Shown here: positions 23,925-38,114 of the stretch, in pieces
How positions within the stretch are numbered: position 1 is the stretch's first letter
Layout of the letters: each line of letters begins with the position of its first letter
Source: Octopus sinensis
Lineage: Eukaryota
Assembly: GCF_006345805.1 (NCBI RefSeq)
Contig: NC_042997.1
Coordinates: forward strand, 172,794,001 to 172,858,000
Length of the DNA: 64,000 nucleotides
Reading direction: 5' to 3'
Made by a program: the position numbers and the translations under genes
Notes under the pieces: model-generated
Told to the model about the DNA's origin: nothing
Database searches by the model: none
The model's input: only the letters and a program-made list of their open reading frames with translations

Positions 23925-24135
23925 TTTGCAAGTAAAGTTTATTGTCCAATGAATGAGGGGTACTCATAAGTGGGCTGGTTACACCCACTGGCATAGGCCA
24001 CAGGCTATGGTCTTACTTGGCTTGTCGATTCTTCTCAAGCACTGCATATTTCCAAAGGCCTCGGTCACTAGTCATTGCCTTGTTAAGGCCCAATGTTTGA
24101 AGGTCGTGCTTCACCACCTCATACCATGTGTTCCT
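23925..24135 (-). mobile_element. RTE LINE ORF2-end fragment
   Basis: Reverse complement of 25620-25835. Confidence 0.8.
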
Positions 24136-24219
24136 GGGTCTTTATATGTTGATTCGCTAGCTTCTGCACACATTTTTTTTTTTCTCTCCTTGTTTCTCTC
24201 CGTGTTTCTTTTCTGTGAA

Positions 24220-24257
24220 TCTTTCTGTTGAAGAGCGTAGGCTCGAAACGTAAAAGA
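24220..24257 (+). ncRNA. Minimal type I hammerhead ribozyme-like motif (Penelope-type), core A6 changed
   Basis: TCTTT-CTGTTGA-A-GAGC(GTAG)GCTC-GAAA-CG-T-A-AAAGA: stems I and II pair, stem III is palindromic ACGT. Confidence 0.65.
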
Positions 24258-24353
24258 CTTGTTTTATTTATATTCCTGAGCGCCATACTAATACAATTGT
24301 TTGTTTGTATTCCACCTGCCTTCGTCTTTTGTTTATTTTCATAAAGCTTCCCG

Positions 24354-24389
<36 letters not shown>

Positions 24390-24525
24390 TATAGCTTAGA
24401 GACAGGTGTTCTCTGCACAGAATACACTTTGTAATGCTCAAGAGATTTAAACTTGAGCAGGTAGAGCTGCTCTACACGCACACATGCACACACGTGCGCA
24501 CACACACACACACACACACACATAT

Positions 24526-24865
24526 ACTCTTTTACTTGTTTCAGTCATTCGACTGTGGCCATGCTGGAGCACTGCCTTTTTAGTCGAGCAAATCAACCCC
24601 AGGACTTATTCTTTGTAAGCCTAATACTTATTCTATTGGTTGTCAAGCGATTTTGGGGGGACAAACACAGACATACAAACACACATACATATACATATAT
24701 ATGACAGGCTTCTTTCAGTTTCCGTCTATCAAATCCACTCACAAGGCTTTGGTCGGCCTGAGGCTAAAGTAGAAGACACTTGCCCAAGGTTCCATGCAGT
24801 GGGACTGAATCTGGACACATGAGGTTGGTAAGCAAGCTACTTACCACACAGTCACTCATACGCCT
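24526..24865 (-). mobile_element. SINE family A
   Basis: Homology to 20011-20446. Confidence 0.88.
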
Positions 24866-25319
24866 ACAAATATGCTTTTGTTTTTATATCCGCTTTCTTT
24901 TTCCATGTTGAGTTGGAATGAGACTTCTTGAGACAGTATTCTATGGTTAGACAGCCTTTCTGGAGCTAACCATTATTTGTTTTCAGGCAGGGTATTTTAT
25001 TCTACATATTGCTCATTAAACTGCTCAGCTGTCAGATGTTTTGTTTGTGTGACATTGCCTAAGTATGCAGTGTTAATGTAAAAATATACACATGCATATA
25101 CAGTCACATGCTGTGCCTCCCTATCTCTTTCACACACACAAACAGGCTGCTCTACAAAGCAGGAATGTTACCTTTAATATATTCACATGCTTGAATACAC
25201 ACATGCAGCCTTCTGGTCTCTGGTTCAGTCCCACTGCACAACACCTTCTATATCCTAAGCTAAGCAAAGCTTTGTGAGTGGATTTGGTAAACTGAAACTG
25301 AAAGAAGCCTGTTATATAC

Positions 25320-26538
25320 ATAGACTGTATGACGCATGTGTACGAACAACCATGCTGTATGGCAGTGAAATATGGGCCGTGACTGCTGAGGACATGCGCA
25401 AGCTTGCACGAAATGAAACCAGTATGAACAACTGGATGTGTAATGTAAGTGTGCATACATGACAAAGTGTAAGCACCCTGAGAGAAAAGTTGGACTTAAG
25501 AAGCATCAGATGTGGTGTACAAGAGAGATGACTGTGCTGGTTTGGTCATATGTTGCAAATGAATGAGGACAGCTGTGTGAAAAAATGTCACACACTAGCA
25601 GTTGAGGGAACCTATGGAAGACCCAGGAACACCTGGTATGAGGTGGTGAAGCACGACCTTCAAACATTGGGCCTTAACAAGGCAATGACTAGTGACTGAG
25701 GCCTTTGGAAATATGCAGTGCTTGAGAAGAACCAACAAGCCAAGTGAGACCATAGCCTGTGGCCTATGCCAGTGGGTGTCACCAGCCCACTTATGAATAC
25801 CCCTCATTCATTGGACAATAAACTTTACTTGCAAAGACCTATTGAAGAAAGTGAAATCAAATCAAAATTGCTGATATGGCCAATGACAGTACCACCTGAT
25901 TGGCACTCGTGCTAGTGGAATATTAACAGCACATCCAAGCATGGGGTGAGACTAGCCCACTTATGAATACTCTTCATTCATTGGACAGTAAACTTTGCTT
26001 GCGAAGATCTGTTAAGGTAAGTGAAATCAAGATCAAAATCATTGACGTGGCTGATGACAGTACCGCCTGACTGGCACTCATGCCTGTGGAACGTTAAAAG
26101 TACATCTGAGCATGATCGTTGCTAGGGTCTCAGATTGGCTCCCATGCCGGTGGTACATAAAAAGCACCATTCAAGCACAATCATTGTAAGTGTCGCCCTA
26201 CCGGCACATGTGCCGGTGGCACGTGAAAAGCAGCATTTGAGAGTGGTCGTTGCCAGTGCCGCTGGACTGGCTCCTGTACAGGAAGCATGTAAAAAACACC
26301 TTTCGAGCGTGGTCATTGCCAGAACCACATGACTGGCCCTCATGCCAGTGGTACGTAAAAACAGCCACTATACTCTTTGAGTGGATGGCATTAGGAAGGG
26401 CATCCAGCTGTAGAAACTTTGCCAGATCAGATTGAGCCTGGTGCAGCCTTCTGGCTCACCAATCCTCAGTCAAATCATCCAACCCATGCCAGCATGGAAA
26501 GCGGACGTTAAACGACGATGATGATGATGATGATGATG
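25320..26538 (+). mobile_element. 5'-truncated RTE LINE (ORF2 C-terminus + 3' UTR + GAT tail)
   Basis: RLYDACVRTTMLYGSEIWAVTAEDMRKLARNE and downstream RTE motifs; ends ggacgttaaacgac(gat)n. Starts inside a SINE-A 5' half. Confidence 0.9.
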
Positions 26539-28313
26539 AATTTAATTTAGTGATTTTTAGAATAATATTTATTATAATATATTTAATTTTTTCTATGTGA
26601 TTTAATATAGATAATATCTTTCACTATCAATAGAATTACTTAATATAGGTTATTTCCCTCAATTATATACATATATTATATATTGTGAAATTTGATTTAG
26701 AATTGCTAAATTGAATTTTTTCCTGTAAGTTTGGAATTTTATATTCCCTACTATTATTAATATATATATAGAATATGAGAATTTAGTTCACTTGTGATCT
26801 AAATGAATAGGTACGCTGAGTAAGTGCTATAGTTGGTCTTTATTCTATTTTATTCCTTATAAACTGTAAATTTTCCCTGTCTAAAATATTCATACCTTTT
26901 TGTTTAGCTAAGGTTAGCTTTGGTGGCACAGTGAGACCGATGAACCAAGCAATCCAGCTTTGACTACCTCATCTTGTATTCAGATAAAATGTATCTATTA
27001 TAATGCTTTTAGGATTACATTATATGTATCTGTTTTTTTTTCTTTGTTATGGCTTGATATGAGAGAATTGGCTGCTCTTTCTAGCATGTGGAACAACCAT
27101 GTCAAGCTTTTGTGTTGGCTTGAGAGTTATGTGTTTTAACCAAGGACATGAAGCACTCCTGGTGACAAGATAATTAGCTTTAGACTTTCAGTTGGCAAGC
27201 ATGCACCAACAGACTTATTGGAAACAGTGAGGAATTTCCTCATAATTACATTTATGTTAGCTAGAAGGTAATTATGAGAAAATGGTAAGTAAACATTAAA
27301 ATGATAAAAAATAAACAATACTATTTTTTTCCCCCTTTTTTTCTGATTCCAGATTTGGCACCAGATTCATCCTTAAGAAATTAAACCTATCTGAAATGCT
27401 GACAAGGCTTCTGCAATAGTTGAAATGAAGCAGAAAGAAAAGGAAGAATTTGGCAATGCAAAGATAGAAACAAGATTTGTTTAAGGAAAAGCTGTCAGTG
27501 TTAAACCAATGATTCAAATCACCGTTTATCAAACGGAACAAGTAATGGCACAAAGGTTGGCCTGTTCTGTGAAAATTTACAATCAAAATTCTGTTCAAAT
27601 CATTCCTTAATGATGATGCCAATAAAAGCTCGTTAGCGAACCTGGGAGTTTCCAGTGACAAAAACTAAAAACTGACAAAGACTACAAGGTCAGCTGCTGA
27701 ACAAATCACAATGTTAGAGAGTAGGAAGGTGTACACACACATGAATGTATACGTGTGTGTGTGTGTGTGTGTGCATACACAGTAGTGTTGAGTGTTGGAA
27801 AGATTGATTCGAAAAAAAAGCAAGCTTGACCACCATATTTAATAACGTTATCTAAAAACAGTGAGAAAACCCAAGTCTGCTGGTTGATGCCATAGAAAAT
27901 TTGATCAGGGTACAATATTGTCTCACCTACATATCCATGTGTATAACTGATACACACACACACACCACACACACATACACACACACATACACACACACAC
28001 ACACACACACATGTACATACACACTACTTTAAAAACGAGTGCAATAGCATTAGGTAAAGCATTTTATTCCCTAATACACCAGATTATATAGCTATTTGCA
28101 GTTTGATTTACTAAACATTAAACAGTTTCCAAAGTTAGTGAAAACTTTCAGTTGATAAATTGTACATATTACGTGAATGATGGCAATCTACATTATACGG
28201 CAACCACTTACACGGTTAGCTACTACCATGTTTGTGCTAGTTTTGCGTTGAGTCTACATACATGTTGAAATATACATACATACATACATACATATATTAA
28301 TACATGTATATAT

Positions 28314-28344
<31 letters not shown>

Positions 28345-28352
28345 TCATACAC

Positions 28353-28391
<39 letters not shown>

Positions 28392-28612
28392 AATATATAC
28401 ATATATATATATATTTATTTATATATATATATAATATAATATATATGTATATATATATATGTCTATATAATGTATATATATATGTGTTGTATATATATAT
28501 ATATAATATGTGTGTGTGTATGTATATATATATCTATATATGGATATAATATTATATATATAAATATAATGACATATAGGAGCGGAGAGAGATAGATAGG
28601 AGATGATAGTGA

Positions 28613-28664
<52 letters not shown>

Positions 28665-29393
28665 GAGAAAGGAATGGTAAACTCTATTATATAGCAACCA
28701 CTTAGACTTGTTTATGTTGATTCTTCTGAAGAGAGAGGAAGGTGGGGACAAGCAAACTATATTATAGAGAGACCACTTAAACTTGTGTTTCTGTTAAGTT
28801 CTCCTAACATACATGGAGAATGAGAGAGAGATAGAGCGAGAGAGAGAGAGAGAGAGAGAGAAGGAGAGATATACACACAAAGCAATGCCTAAACTATATT
28901 ATGGAGAGACTACTTAGATGTTGGTTTGTGTTTAATATTTCTGGAAAAATGGAGAGAGAGAGGAGGAAAGAGAGAGAGAAAGGTGTGGAGAGAATGGTAA
29001 GCTATACAGTATACAAGCATTTTACTGTTGCTTGCATTTTGTTTTTGCCGGGTCCTACCTTCATTTTAACATGCAGGTGGTAGTGGTCATGGTGATGAAT
29101 GAAGAAACAATCAGCTATAAGAGGCAAATAAATGCTGACCTAATAATAATAACAACAATCACCATTGTTTTAATGTCCATATTTTTTTCCCTGCCAATGT
29201 GAACATATATAAATACACATACACACATACATATGTCCATAAACATATCTGAGTGCATGTGGATATCACACTCAAATTTATCATACATACAGATACATGT
29301 GTGCCTGCATCTAAAAATGTCCAAACATGTAATAAAATGCATATAACATATGTATACCGTATTTATAAATTGGATATACAAATATGCCCTATA

Positions 29394-29803
29394 GGCGTAG
29401 GAGTGGCTGTGTGGTAAGTAGCTTGCTTACCAACCACATGGTTCCATGTTCAGTCCCACTGTGGGGCACCTTGCGCAAGTGTCTTCTACTATAGCCTCAG
29501 GCTGACCAAAGCCTTGTGAGTGGATTTGGTAGACGGAAACTGAAAGAAGCCCATCGTATATATGTATATACATATGTATGTGTGTGTGTATATATTTGTG
29601 TGTCTGTGTTTGTCTCCCCCAACATCACTTGACAACCAATGCTGGTGTGTTTACGTCTCGGTAACTTAGCGGTTCGGTAAAAGAGACCGATAGAATAAGT
29701 ACTAGGCTTACAAAGAATAAGTCCTGGGGTTGATTTGCTCGACTAAAGGTGGTGCTCCAGCATGGCCAAAGTCAAATGACTGAAACAAGTAAAAGAGTAA
29801 AAG
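29394..29803 (+). mobile_element. SINE family A
   Basis: Full-length homolog. Confidence 0.92.
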
Positions 29804-30662
29804 TATCATATTCATATGTAATTAAGTCTTGCTGTGAAATCAGGCTCCTTGATTATTAGACCACAGACAGCAGTTTTTGAGATAGCTTGGAATGCAGTTT
29901 GAACCAACTACACCTTTTCATATACAAATTAAAATAATTGCAAAGCAAATTATTTAAAGGGAAAAAAGGATAAAAAATCTGGAGCAAATTAAAATAATTT
30001 CAGAGCAAATTGAATAATTTTCCTAATTAAATAATCTTACACTGTATGAAGAAAGAGTCTGAAATGCAATAGATACCATACAATAGTGGGGTAAGGATAA
30101 TGAATGTAGAAAATCTAGAGGGGCTAGAAAGAAATGGAGTGAATATTAATTGGTTTGATGCATAGTCTGTTATAGTGTTAAACCCATATGAAAAAGATGA
30201 GTGCAAGAGTAAGAGACTGGAAGAATTACTGGACATTAAAAGCATTGCTAATGAATGTAGGAGAATTATAATGTGTTTCTATGAATGGATGATAACTGTT
30301 TTGTGAGAAAAAGATCAAATATCGATTGCATAGGTGCAGGCATGGCTGTCTGGTTAAGAAGCTGACTTCCTAACCATGTGGTCTTGGGTTTAATCAGGTA
30401 TGTGTCTTCCACAATAGACCCAGACCAATAAACCTTTGTGAATGGATTTGGTAGACAGAAACTGGAAGAAGTCTCCCTACTTTGTTATATATATTTATAT
30501 ATGTGTATATATATAATGTTTGAGAGTTATGTGCTTTGGCACTTATCAATTAAGTTTCTAATTATCTATAATTATGGATAATTTGCATCCAAGTTGATAA
30601 GGGTTAATGCATAAAACTCTCAGTTCTTAAGTCACCATGTAACTTATGCTGATTAATAATGT

Positions 30663-30965
30663 TGTTTGTTCCTTCTTGAGCCATGCCTGGTTCATTAGGG
30701 ATGGTTTCTCAGTTTCCTTGGCGTATAAGTTCCTCACCTGGACAGGACGCTGGTCTGTTGCAGGTGAGCTGCAAGATGCAGTGGGAAAGAGAGAGAGAAA
30801 GTTGTGGCAAAAGAATCAACAGAAGTTTGCCATTACCTTCTGCTGGAGCCACGTGGAGCTTAGGTGTTTCGTTCATAAACACACACATCGCCAGGTCTGA
30901 GATTCGAACCCGCGATCCGTCGACCACAAGTCCACTGCTCTAACCACTAGGCCATGTGTCTCTGC
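30663..30965 (-). mobile_element. SINE family D
   Basis: Homolog of 8700-9002. Confidence 0.88.
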
Positions 30966-31009
30966 AAGATTAATAATGTAAACATGTGTGTGTGTATAAT
31001 AATTTTTGA

Positions 31010-31600
31010 ACCGGATGTGTTGGGCTAATCATGTTGTTAGGATGGAAGATGGAAGGCTACCTAAACAGATATTTTATGGGTAGCTGACCAGGGGGAAAAG
31101 GTCTCAGCACAAACCCAGAAAACGGTTTAAAGATGTCATTAAAGGCAAATTTAAACATTATTGGATTGATATGGATATCCAAGAGACATTGGCTGAAAGC
31201 CATGGAGAGAGATTATCAAGTACAGCTGTGGTGTCTTTGAGTAAAAGCAAATAGAGTGTACCATCACAAAAGCATTCACACTGTAAGTAAGGTCCAAGTG
31301 CAGTGCCTGTAGAAACCTAGCAGCAATTGAAGATCAATGTGAGGGTGATTTCTTCTCTCAAGAACTGGGTCTGTCAGCCAACTGAAATCACATGAGCCAA
31401 AGAGAGATTGAGCAGCTTGTGAGATGATTCTATTGCCATGCACACTGCGGCACATTTGTACTGAAAAGAGAAGTGTCACATCTGTGAAAGTTCCAGCAGA
31501 ATGGAAGCTGGCCTGAAAAGCCACCTGTGGGCACATGATTGTGCAACGTTCAATGAAGAAATGACACCCTTCTGACAAGATGCTGCAATCAGTATGTGCG
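31010..31600 (+). mobile_element. Old RTE-clade LINE C-terminus with C2H2-like zinc-finger remnants
   Basis: WANHVVRMEDGRLPKQIFYG.LTRGKRSQHKPRKRFKDVIK and CHICESSSRMEAGLKSHLWAH, with stops. Confidence 0.75.
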
Positions 31601-31661
31601 TGTGTGTGTGTGTGTAACCTTGTTTTTGCATCATAATAATGGCTGTAAATGAAATGAAATG

Positions 31662-32005
31662 TGAAGGCGCATGGCTCAGTGGTTAGAGCGTTGAGCTTAC
31701 GATCGTGAGGTTGTGAGCTTGAATCCCGGACCGGGCTGTGTGTTGTGTTCTTGAGCAAGACACTTTATTTCACGTTGCTCCAGTTAACTCAGCTGTAGAA
31801 ATGAGTTGTGACATCACTGGTGCCAAGCTGTATTGGCCTTTGCCTTTCCCTTGGATAACACTGATGGTGTTGAGAAGGGAGGCCGGTATGCATGGGCGAC
31901 TGCTGGTCTTCCATAAACAACCTTGCTCGGACTTGTGCCTGGGAGGGTAACTTTCTAGGTGCAATCCCATGGTCAGTGTCATGGCCAAAGGGGGTCTCAG
32001 AAATG
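31662..32005 (+). mobile_element. tRNA-derived SINE family E
   Basis: GGCGCATGGCTCAGTGGTTAG head and gtgttcttgagcaagacacttt domain; homologs at 54395-54650 and 62452-62784. Confidence 0.85.
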
Positions 32006-32716
32006 AAATGAGTATCATCATCATCATCATGCAAGCCAGGTTATTTGTTTTCAGGCTTCTGTGAAAGGCATGTCTGGTCATGAGAAAGTACAACATTGCT
32101 TGGAAACAGGTTGAGGGTTGGCAACAGCAAAGGCATCTATTTGTTGAAAATCTAGCTCTACGAATTCTGTCTGACCCAGGCAAGCATGGAAAAGTAGGCA
32201 TTAAATAACGATATTAATGGTGATGATGTATACTCAGTGGAGCATAGAAGCAACAGTGGTAACAAAACAAAAAAAAAACATACAGAAAGGTTATAAAAAA
32301 CTTGTGCCTGACTATGACAGAGTAATGATGGTGATAATGATGATGATGCTGATGATGGTGATGGTGGTAATAGTGGTGGTGATGGTGGTGGCATTACTAC
32401 AGAACTGTTTCACCATCTCCACATGGAAGAAATGTCTGGGAGAGGAAAAGAAAAGGAAGGTCAAGAAATAGACATAAAAAAAAACAACTTTACTATTAGG
32501 TCTGAAGGTCAAAGTGAACATGATAATAGAGATATGTGATGATGATGATGAGGAGGGGGAGGAAGAGGGGGATAATTTTGATGATATTTTCCAGCAAAAT
32601 GGTTCCACTGAAGTCTTAGTTAATACTATGGCTGTAGGGTCTGGGCAAAGTTATTAAAAACTGAATACATTATTTCATGATATTGAGAATATAGTTGTAG
32701 AAAAGGTAAGATGATA

Positions 32717-32755
<39 letters not shown>

Positions 32756-33304
32756 GTATATGTATGTACATATATACACATATATATGTGTGTATTTGTG
32801 TTTGTGTGTGTGTATATGCATGCATGTACATATATGTGTGTATACAAGATAGATATAGATATCAGGAAAAGAAAGCAGATTTTGAAAGTTCTGACCGAAT
32901 AAAGTGGTTCTGAATCTATGCCAAAAAAGATAAAAGATGAATCCAGCATCATTCATGAAATAAAAAGAAAAAGAAAAAAAAAAAACTTAGTGAAATGCCC
33001 AGCCATACATATATATATATGCATACACATGTTCTTAGCAACTTATAGTAAAGAGGAAAGAGAACAATTGCAAGAAAAAAAAAGTAAAAATAGAGAAAAA
33101 GAAAAGAAAAAATAAAAATAGATGAGAAAGACAAAGTAAAAAAGATTCTTTTGGTCACAATACTAAGACAGAAATAATTCCAAATTGTCATTAATGCCTG
33201 TTCTATATATGACTTTACAGATAGGATGGTTTAACTACATGTAGTTATTTCAATCTAAGTTTCCTCTTTTTTTGGTATGTGTGTGTGTATGTGTGTGTTT
33301 GTAT

Positions 33305-33522
33305 GAGAGAGAGAGAGAGAGAGGAAGTAGGAGAAAGGGAGAAATAGAAAGAGAAAAGAGTGGGAAGGGAGAGAAGAGAGAGAGAGAGAGAAGATAGGAA
33401 AGTGAGTCAGTGAGAGAGAGAGATAGCAGATAGGAAAGTGAGATAATGACAGAGAGAGAGAGAGAGATAGAGAGAGAGATAAGATTGTAAAGTGAGTCAG
33501 TGAGAGAGAGAGATAGCTAGAG

Positions 33523-33553
<31 letters not shown>

Positions 33554-33844
33554 TAGTAGATAGGAAAGTGAGATAATGACAGAGAGAGAGAGAGAAGGAG
33601 AGAGAGAGAAGGAGAGAGAAGGAGAGAGAGAGAGAGATAAGATAGTAAAGTGAGTCAGTGAGAGAGAGAGATAGCTAGAGAGAGAGAGAGAGAGATAGTA
33701 GATAGGAAAGTGATATAATGAAAGAAAGAGAGAAGGAGAGAGAGAGAGAGATAGGAGATAGGAAAGTGAGATAATGACAGAGAGAGAAAGAGATAGAGAG
33801 AGAGATAAGATAGTAAAGTGAGTCAGTGAGAGAGAGAGATAGCT

Positions 33845-33876
<32 letters not shown>

Positions 33877-33913
33877 TAGATAGGAAAGTGAGATAATGAC
33901 AGAAAGAGAGAAG

Positions 33914-33945
<32 letters not shown>

Positions 33946-34227
33946 TAGCAGATAGGAAAGTGAGATAATGACAGAGAAAGAGATAGAGAGAGAGAGAGAA
34001 GATAGGAAAGTGAGTCAGTGAGAGAGAGAGAGATAGCTAGAGAGATAGAGAGAGAGAGAGAGATAGTAGATAGGAAAGTGAGATAATGACACAGAGAGAG
34101 AAAGAGAGAGAGAGAGAGATAGGAGATAGGAAAGTGAGATAATGACAGAGAGAGAGAAGGAGAGAGAGAAGGAGAGAGAGAGAGATAAGATAGTAAAGTG
34201 AATCAGTGAGAGAGAGAGATAGCTAGA

Positions 34228-34261
<34 letters not shown>

Positions 34262-34350
34262 TAGTAGATAGGAAAGTGAGATAATGACAGAAAGAGAGAA
34301 GGAGAGAGAGAGAGAGATAAGATAGGAAAGTGAGTGAGAGAGAGAGAGAG
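33305..34350. repeat. (AG)n-based compound minisatellite with higher-order units
   Basis: Recurring modules gataggaaagtgagataatgacag and gatagtaaagtgagtcagtgag, separated by AG runs. Confidence 0.92.
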
Positions 34351-34883
34351 GGAGGGGGAATTGTGAATGTTGTGACAGAAAGAAAGCAGCCATGTTATGA
34401 ATGAGAAGTAGGAAAGAGAAGGACAGGCAGGAAACTCTGTGAGTGAAAGAGAAAGACAGACAGAAGAATGGAGGTATAGCAGAAGATGAAGAGAGAGGAG
34501 GCAATATGAGAGAGAGAGAGAGAGAGAGAGGACACAGTGCAAGAGAGAAAAAGAGACAGTGTGAGAGTGAGAAGGAGAAGGAAGAGAAAGAAAATGGAAG
34601 CGAGATATAAGGAAGGTGCGAGAAGGAAACTTGAGCTTTACAAAATAGGAGAGGCATGAGGAAACAAAGAGAGGGTAAGAGAGAGAGGATAAGAAAAAAA
34701 GAGTGTGGAAGAAGTTAGAGGAGTAAAAAAAATTCTACTTAGCAAACTAATGTAGAACAAGCATGGTGAGACGGGGTGGGGGAAGAACAAATCCCCCCCC
34801 ACCGACCACCACGAGGCATTAAACAGTGGACATTTTTATAGGCTGTCTTGTGGTTATCATTGTCTACAGCAGTAGTAACAGTG

Positions 34884-35260
34884 GAGGCACAATGGCCCAA
34901 TGGTTAGGGCGGCAGACTCACGGTCGGATGATCAAGGTTTCGATTCCCAGACCGAGCATTGTGTGTGTTTATCGAGCGAAAACACCTAAAAGCTCCACAA
35001 GGCTCCAGTATGGGGTGGTGGCGACCCCTGTTGTACTCTTTCGCCCCAACTTTCTCTCACTCTTTCTTCCTGTTTCTTGTCCCCGACTTCCTATGCAACC
35101 GCTGAGCCTGGATGCACATTCATCCCTCCGTCGATGCTCTTGGTGTCGGGGGTTGACTTGCTTTCTCTTCTGCAGGTCTTACGAATAGCAAAGGACCACG
35201 ATTCGGACTTCTCCCATCTTGTGAGCTCTGGAACAAAGACTGTTCGCTCAACAGTAACAA
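34884..35260 (+). mobile_element. SINE family D (variant 3' region)
   Basis: GTGGAGGCACAATGGCCCAATGGTTAGG head; GGTTTCGATTCCC B box. Confidence 0.8.
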
Positions 35261-36579
35261 CCATGAATATATACATACTTCTTGGAAAACCACCATCATA
35301 TATATATTATCATCATCATCATCATCCTCATCACTTAATGACCATGTTCCATGCTGGCATGGGTTGGAAAGTTTGACAGGATCCAACAGACCCAGAGACA
35401 GCATCAAAATCCAGTGTCTGCTTTGACATGGTTTCTACTGCTTGATGTTGTCCCTAAGGTTGACCCCTTTATAGCATATACAGGGTGCTTTCTTTTTACC
35501 ATGGCACTAGCACTTGTGAGGTCACTATGTAGTTTGCAAGGGAGAGCAACTTCATGTTGGGATACTAAGAAATAGAGAGGAGTGAGTTATAAGAAAAAAA
35601 AGGGGCCAGAGTAGAAGAGGTTTCTTGCTGTAGATGAACTACAAGACTGCTCACATTTTAGAAGAGAGCGGGGGGTGAAGCTGGAAAGTGATAAAAGCTG
35701 ATGATAAGGTTACAGGAGTGAGATGGGGGAGTCTGATAGTGCAGAGCTGCAGATACAATCTCTGCTAATTGTCTAAGTGGAAGATGGAGTTAATTGACCT
35801 CCACTTCCATACTCCCTCACATATCTACCTGCACATATGTCCCTGTTAAATCTCTTCCCCACAAAATATCCTCCTAATACACTCCCTTCAACCTGTACCC
35901 ACTCATTATATCCTTGCCTCCAGGGCTCACTCTCCCTTTCGCAATCCTATGAACTCACTCACTCTATTCCCTCGTTCACTTCACTATATACACCTTCCTA
36001 TATTTTGGGTGTACAGCCCTTAACCCGTCCCTGCTACATCCTTACCATCTTTCTCTCCATTTATAGTAGTCATGTTTCTCTTCTAATGCAAGACCCCTTT
36101 TCTATCTCTCAATACTTCTCAACCACTTCCATTGAATAGTCTTAGTCTTGCTAGTTACTGGGTGACCTCACTAATGTTGGTGCCACATAAAATGCACTAA
36201 GTACACTCTGTAATGTGGTTGGCAGTAGGAAGAACATCAAGTCATAGGAACCATACCAAAGCAGGCAGTAGAGCTTGGCACAGACTTCTGACTTTCCAGA
36301 TTCTGTCAACTCATTCAACCCATGCCAGCATGGATGTTGAATAAGGAGGATGATTACTGGTATTCAAAGCAAGAAGAACAATGTTCATGATCCCCTTTGA
36401 AGGATCTCTGTGAATGGTAAGTGGTGGAATAAAAGAGGAAGAAAGTCCAGTTCATATGTCTTGTTGTTTAGACCCAGGTCAGCTCTAACAGGGTAAGCCT
36501 ATGTTCAAAAGCATTCAGGTCATGACCATCACCATGTACTTTTCGTACATGGAGGGGACCTAGGATTACATTATCCAAT

Positions 36580-37052
36580 GTGTTCTTTTTTATATTCTGA
36601 ATGCCTTACTTCCCTGGGCATGGATACATTGAAACTCCGACGTCTGGCAGCTGACTTGGCAGACACCCATAAAATTATTAACCATCTTACAAACAATAAC
36701 TCTGAACACCTTTCCAAACTCCATCTGTCTAACACCCATGGACATGTTTACAAAGTCAGAAAACAGCACAGCTCCCATGACTTTCGGAAACATTTTTTTC
36801 ACGCTAAGAGTTGCTGAAGTATGGAACAAACTGCTGGCATCAGTTGTTAGTTGTCGGAGCACTGCATCCTTCAAAACTTCCATGCTTCCTAAGATTCGCC
36901 AACACTACACCTGATTTTCTTGCCTCCATACACACACAAGCATGTATCTGACTCATACACTGTTCACTTCCCAGACATTTGTACATTACTGCATATGCTT
37001 TATATGCACTTTTGACAAGTTGTGGTGCACCTGAGCACTGTATACAATAATT

Positions 37053-37085
<33 letters not shown>
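36580..37085 (+). mobile_element. CR1/L2-like LINE 3' end with (ATT)n tail
   Basis: ECLTSLGMDTLKLRRLAADL...HGHVYKVRKQ..RKHFF, with a frameshift; tail aatttcattattatt. Confidence 0.88.
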
Positions 37086-37790
37086 TTATTATTATATATT
37101 TAAGAAAACATAGTGTGATCTGAGGAAGATCAGACTGCTATTTCTAGAAGTTGAAGTAAACACAAAAAGGCTTCTGCATCAGGATATTGGGAAACTTCCA
37201 GATCAGAGAGCTGCTCTGAAATTTCACTCATATACTGTAACTTAGTGGTTCAGCAAAAGAGGCCAACAAAATAAGCACAAGAGTTTAAAAAAGTAAGTAC
37301 TAGGGTTGATTCATTTGACTAAAGATTCTTCCTCAAGGCAGTGCCCCAACACGGTTGCAGTCTAATGACTGAAACAAGTAAAAGATTAAGATAAAAGATA
37401 CTTTGAACTGATTTGAAGCTATGTTAATTCAACTCAGAATGAAAGATATAATCGTCTCTTTGACGTGATTTGAATCCATAATCCTAAGGGACATAATGAC
37501 GATTATTGTAAACATTAGCAAGGGAAGTATTTTGTCTGGTTTTCCCTTGATTCTATCATCCACTATCCTCTGTGTACCGAGAATGATAAATTCAAATTGT
37601 TATTGACTTGGCACGGATATATATGCATATAAATATATGTCTGTGTGTGAGTGTATATAAATGTATATATATAAGTGTACATATATATATATATATATAT
37701 GTGAGTGTGTGTATTTCCTTTCCTGAGCGTCCAATAACACTATACTTGTTCCACGTCCTCGTGTTGTTGTGTTTTCTCTTTGTTCATGTT

Positions 37791-37827
<37 letters not shown>

Positions 37828-38045
37828 CCTTTCTACGATAGGCACAAGGCCTAAAATTTTGGGAGGGAGGGCCAATCGAATACATTGACCCCAGTATGTA
37901 ATGGGTACTTATTTCATTGACCCTGAAAGGATGAAAGGTAAAGTTGATCTTGGTGGAATTTGAACCCAGAATGTATAGACAGACAAAATGCTGATAAGCA
38001 TTTTTCCCCGGCATGCTAACGATTCTGACAGCTCACTGCCTTGCT
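37828..38045 (-). mobile_element. SINE family C
   Basis: Homology to 16216-16428. Confidence 0.8.
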
Positions 38046-38078
38046 ACCATCATCATCATCATCGTCATCATCATCATC

Positions 38079-38114
<36 letters not shown>

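Noticed and set aside
27190-27661. Plus-strand two-exon reading (VGKHAPTD...LTRLLQ*) and 121-aa minus ORF
   Set aside because: Both strands show plausible signals and neither product is recognisable; a stop-riddled plus frame (NADKASAIVEM) hints at a decayed Penelope RT. Unresolved.
30040-30280. Possible decayed reverse-transcriptase remnant
   Set aside because: Only vague similarity with many stops; no diagnostic YADD motif.
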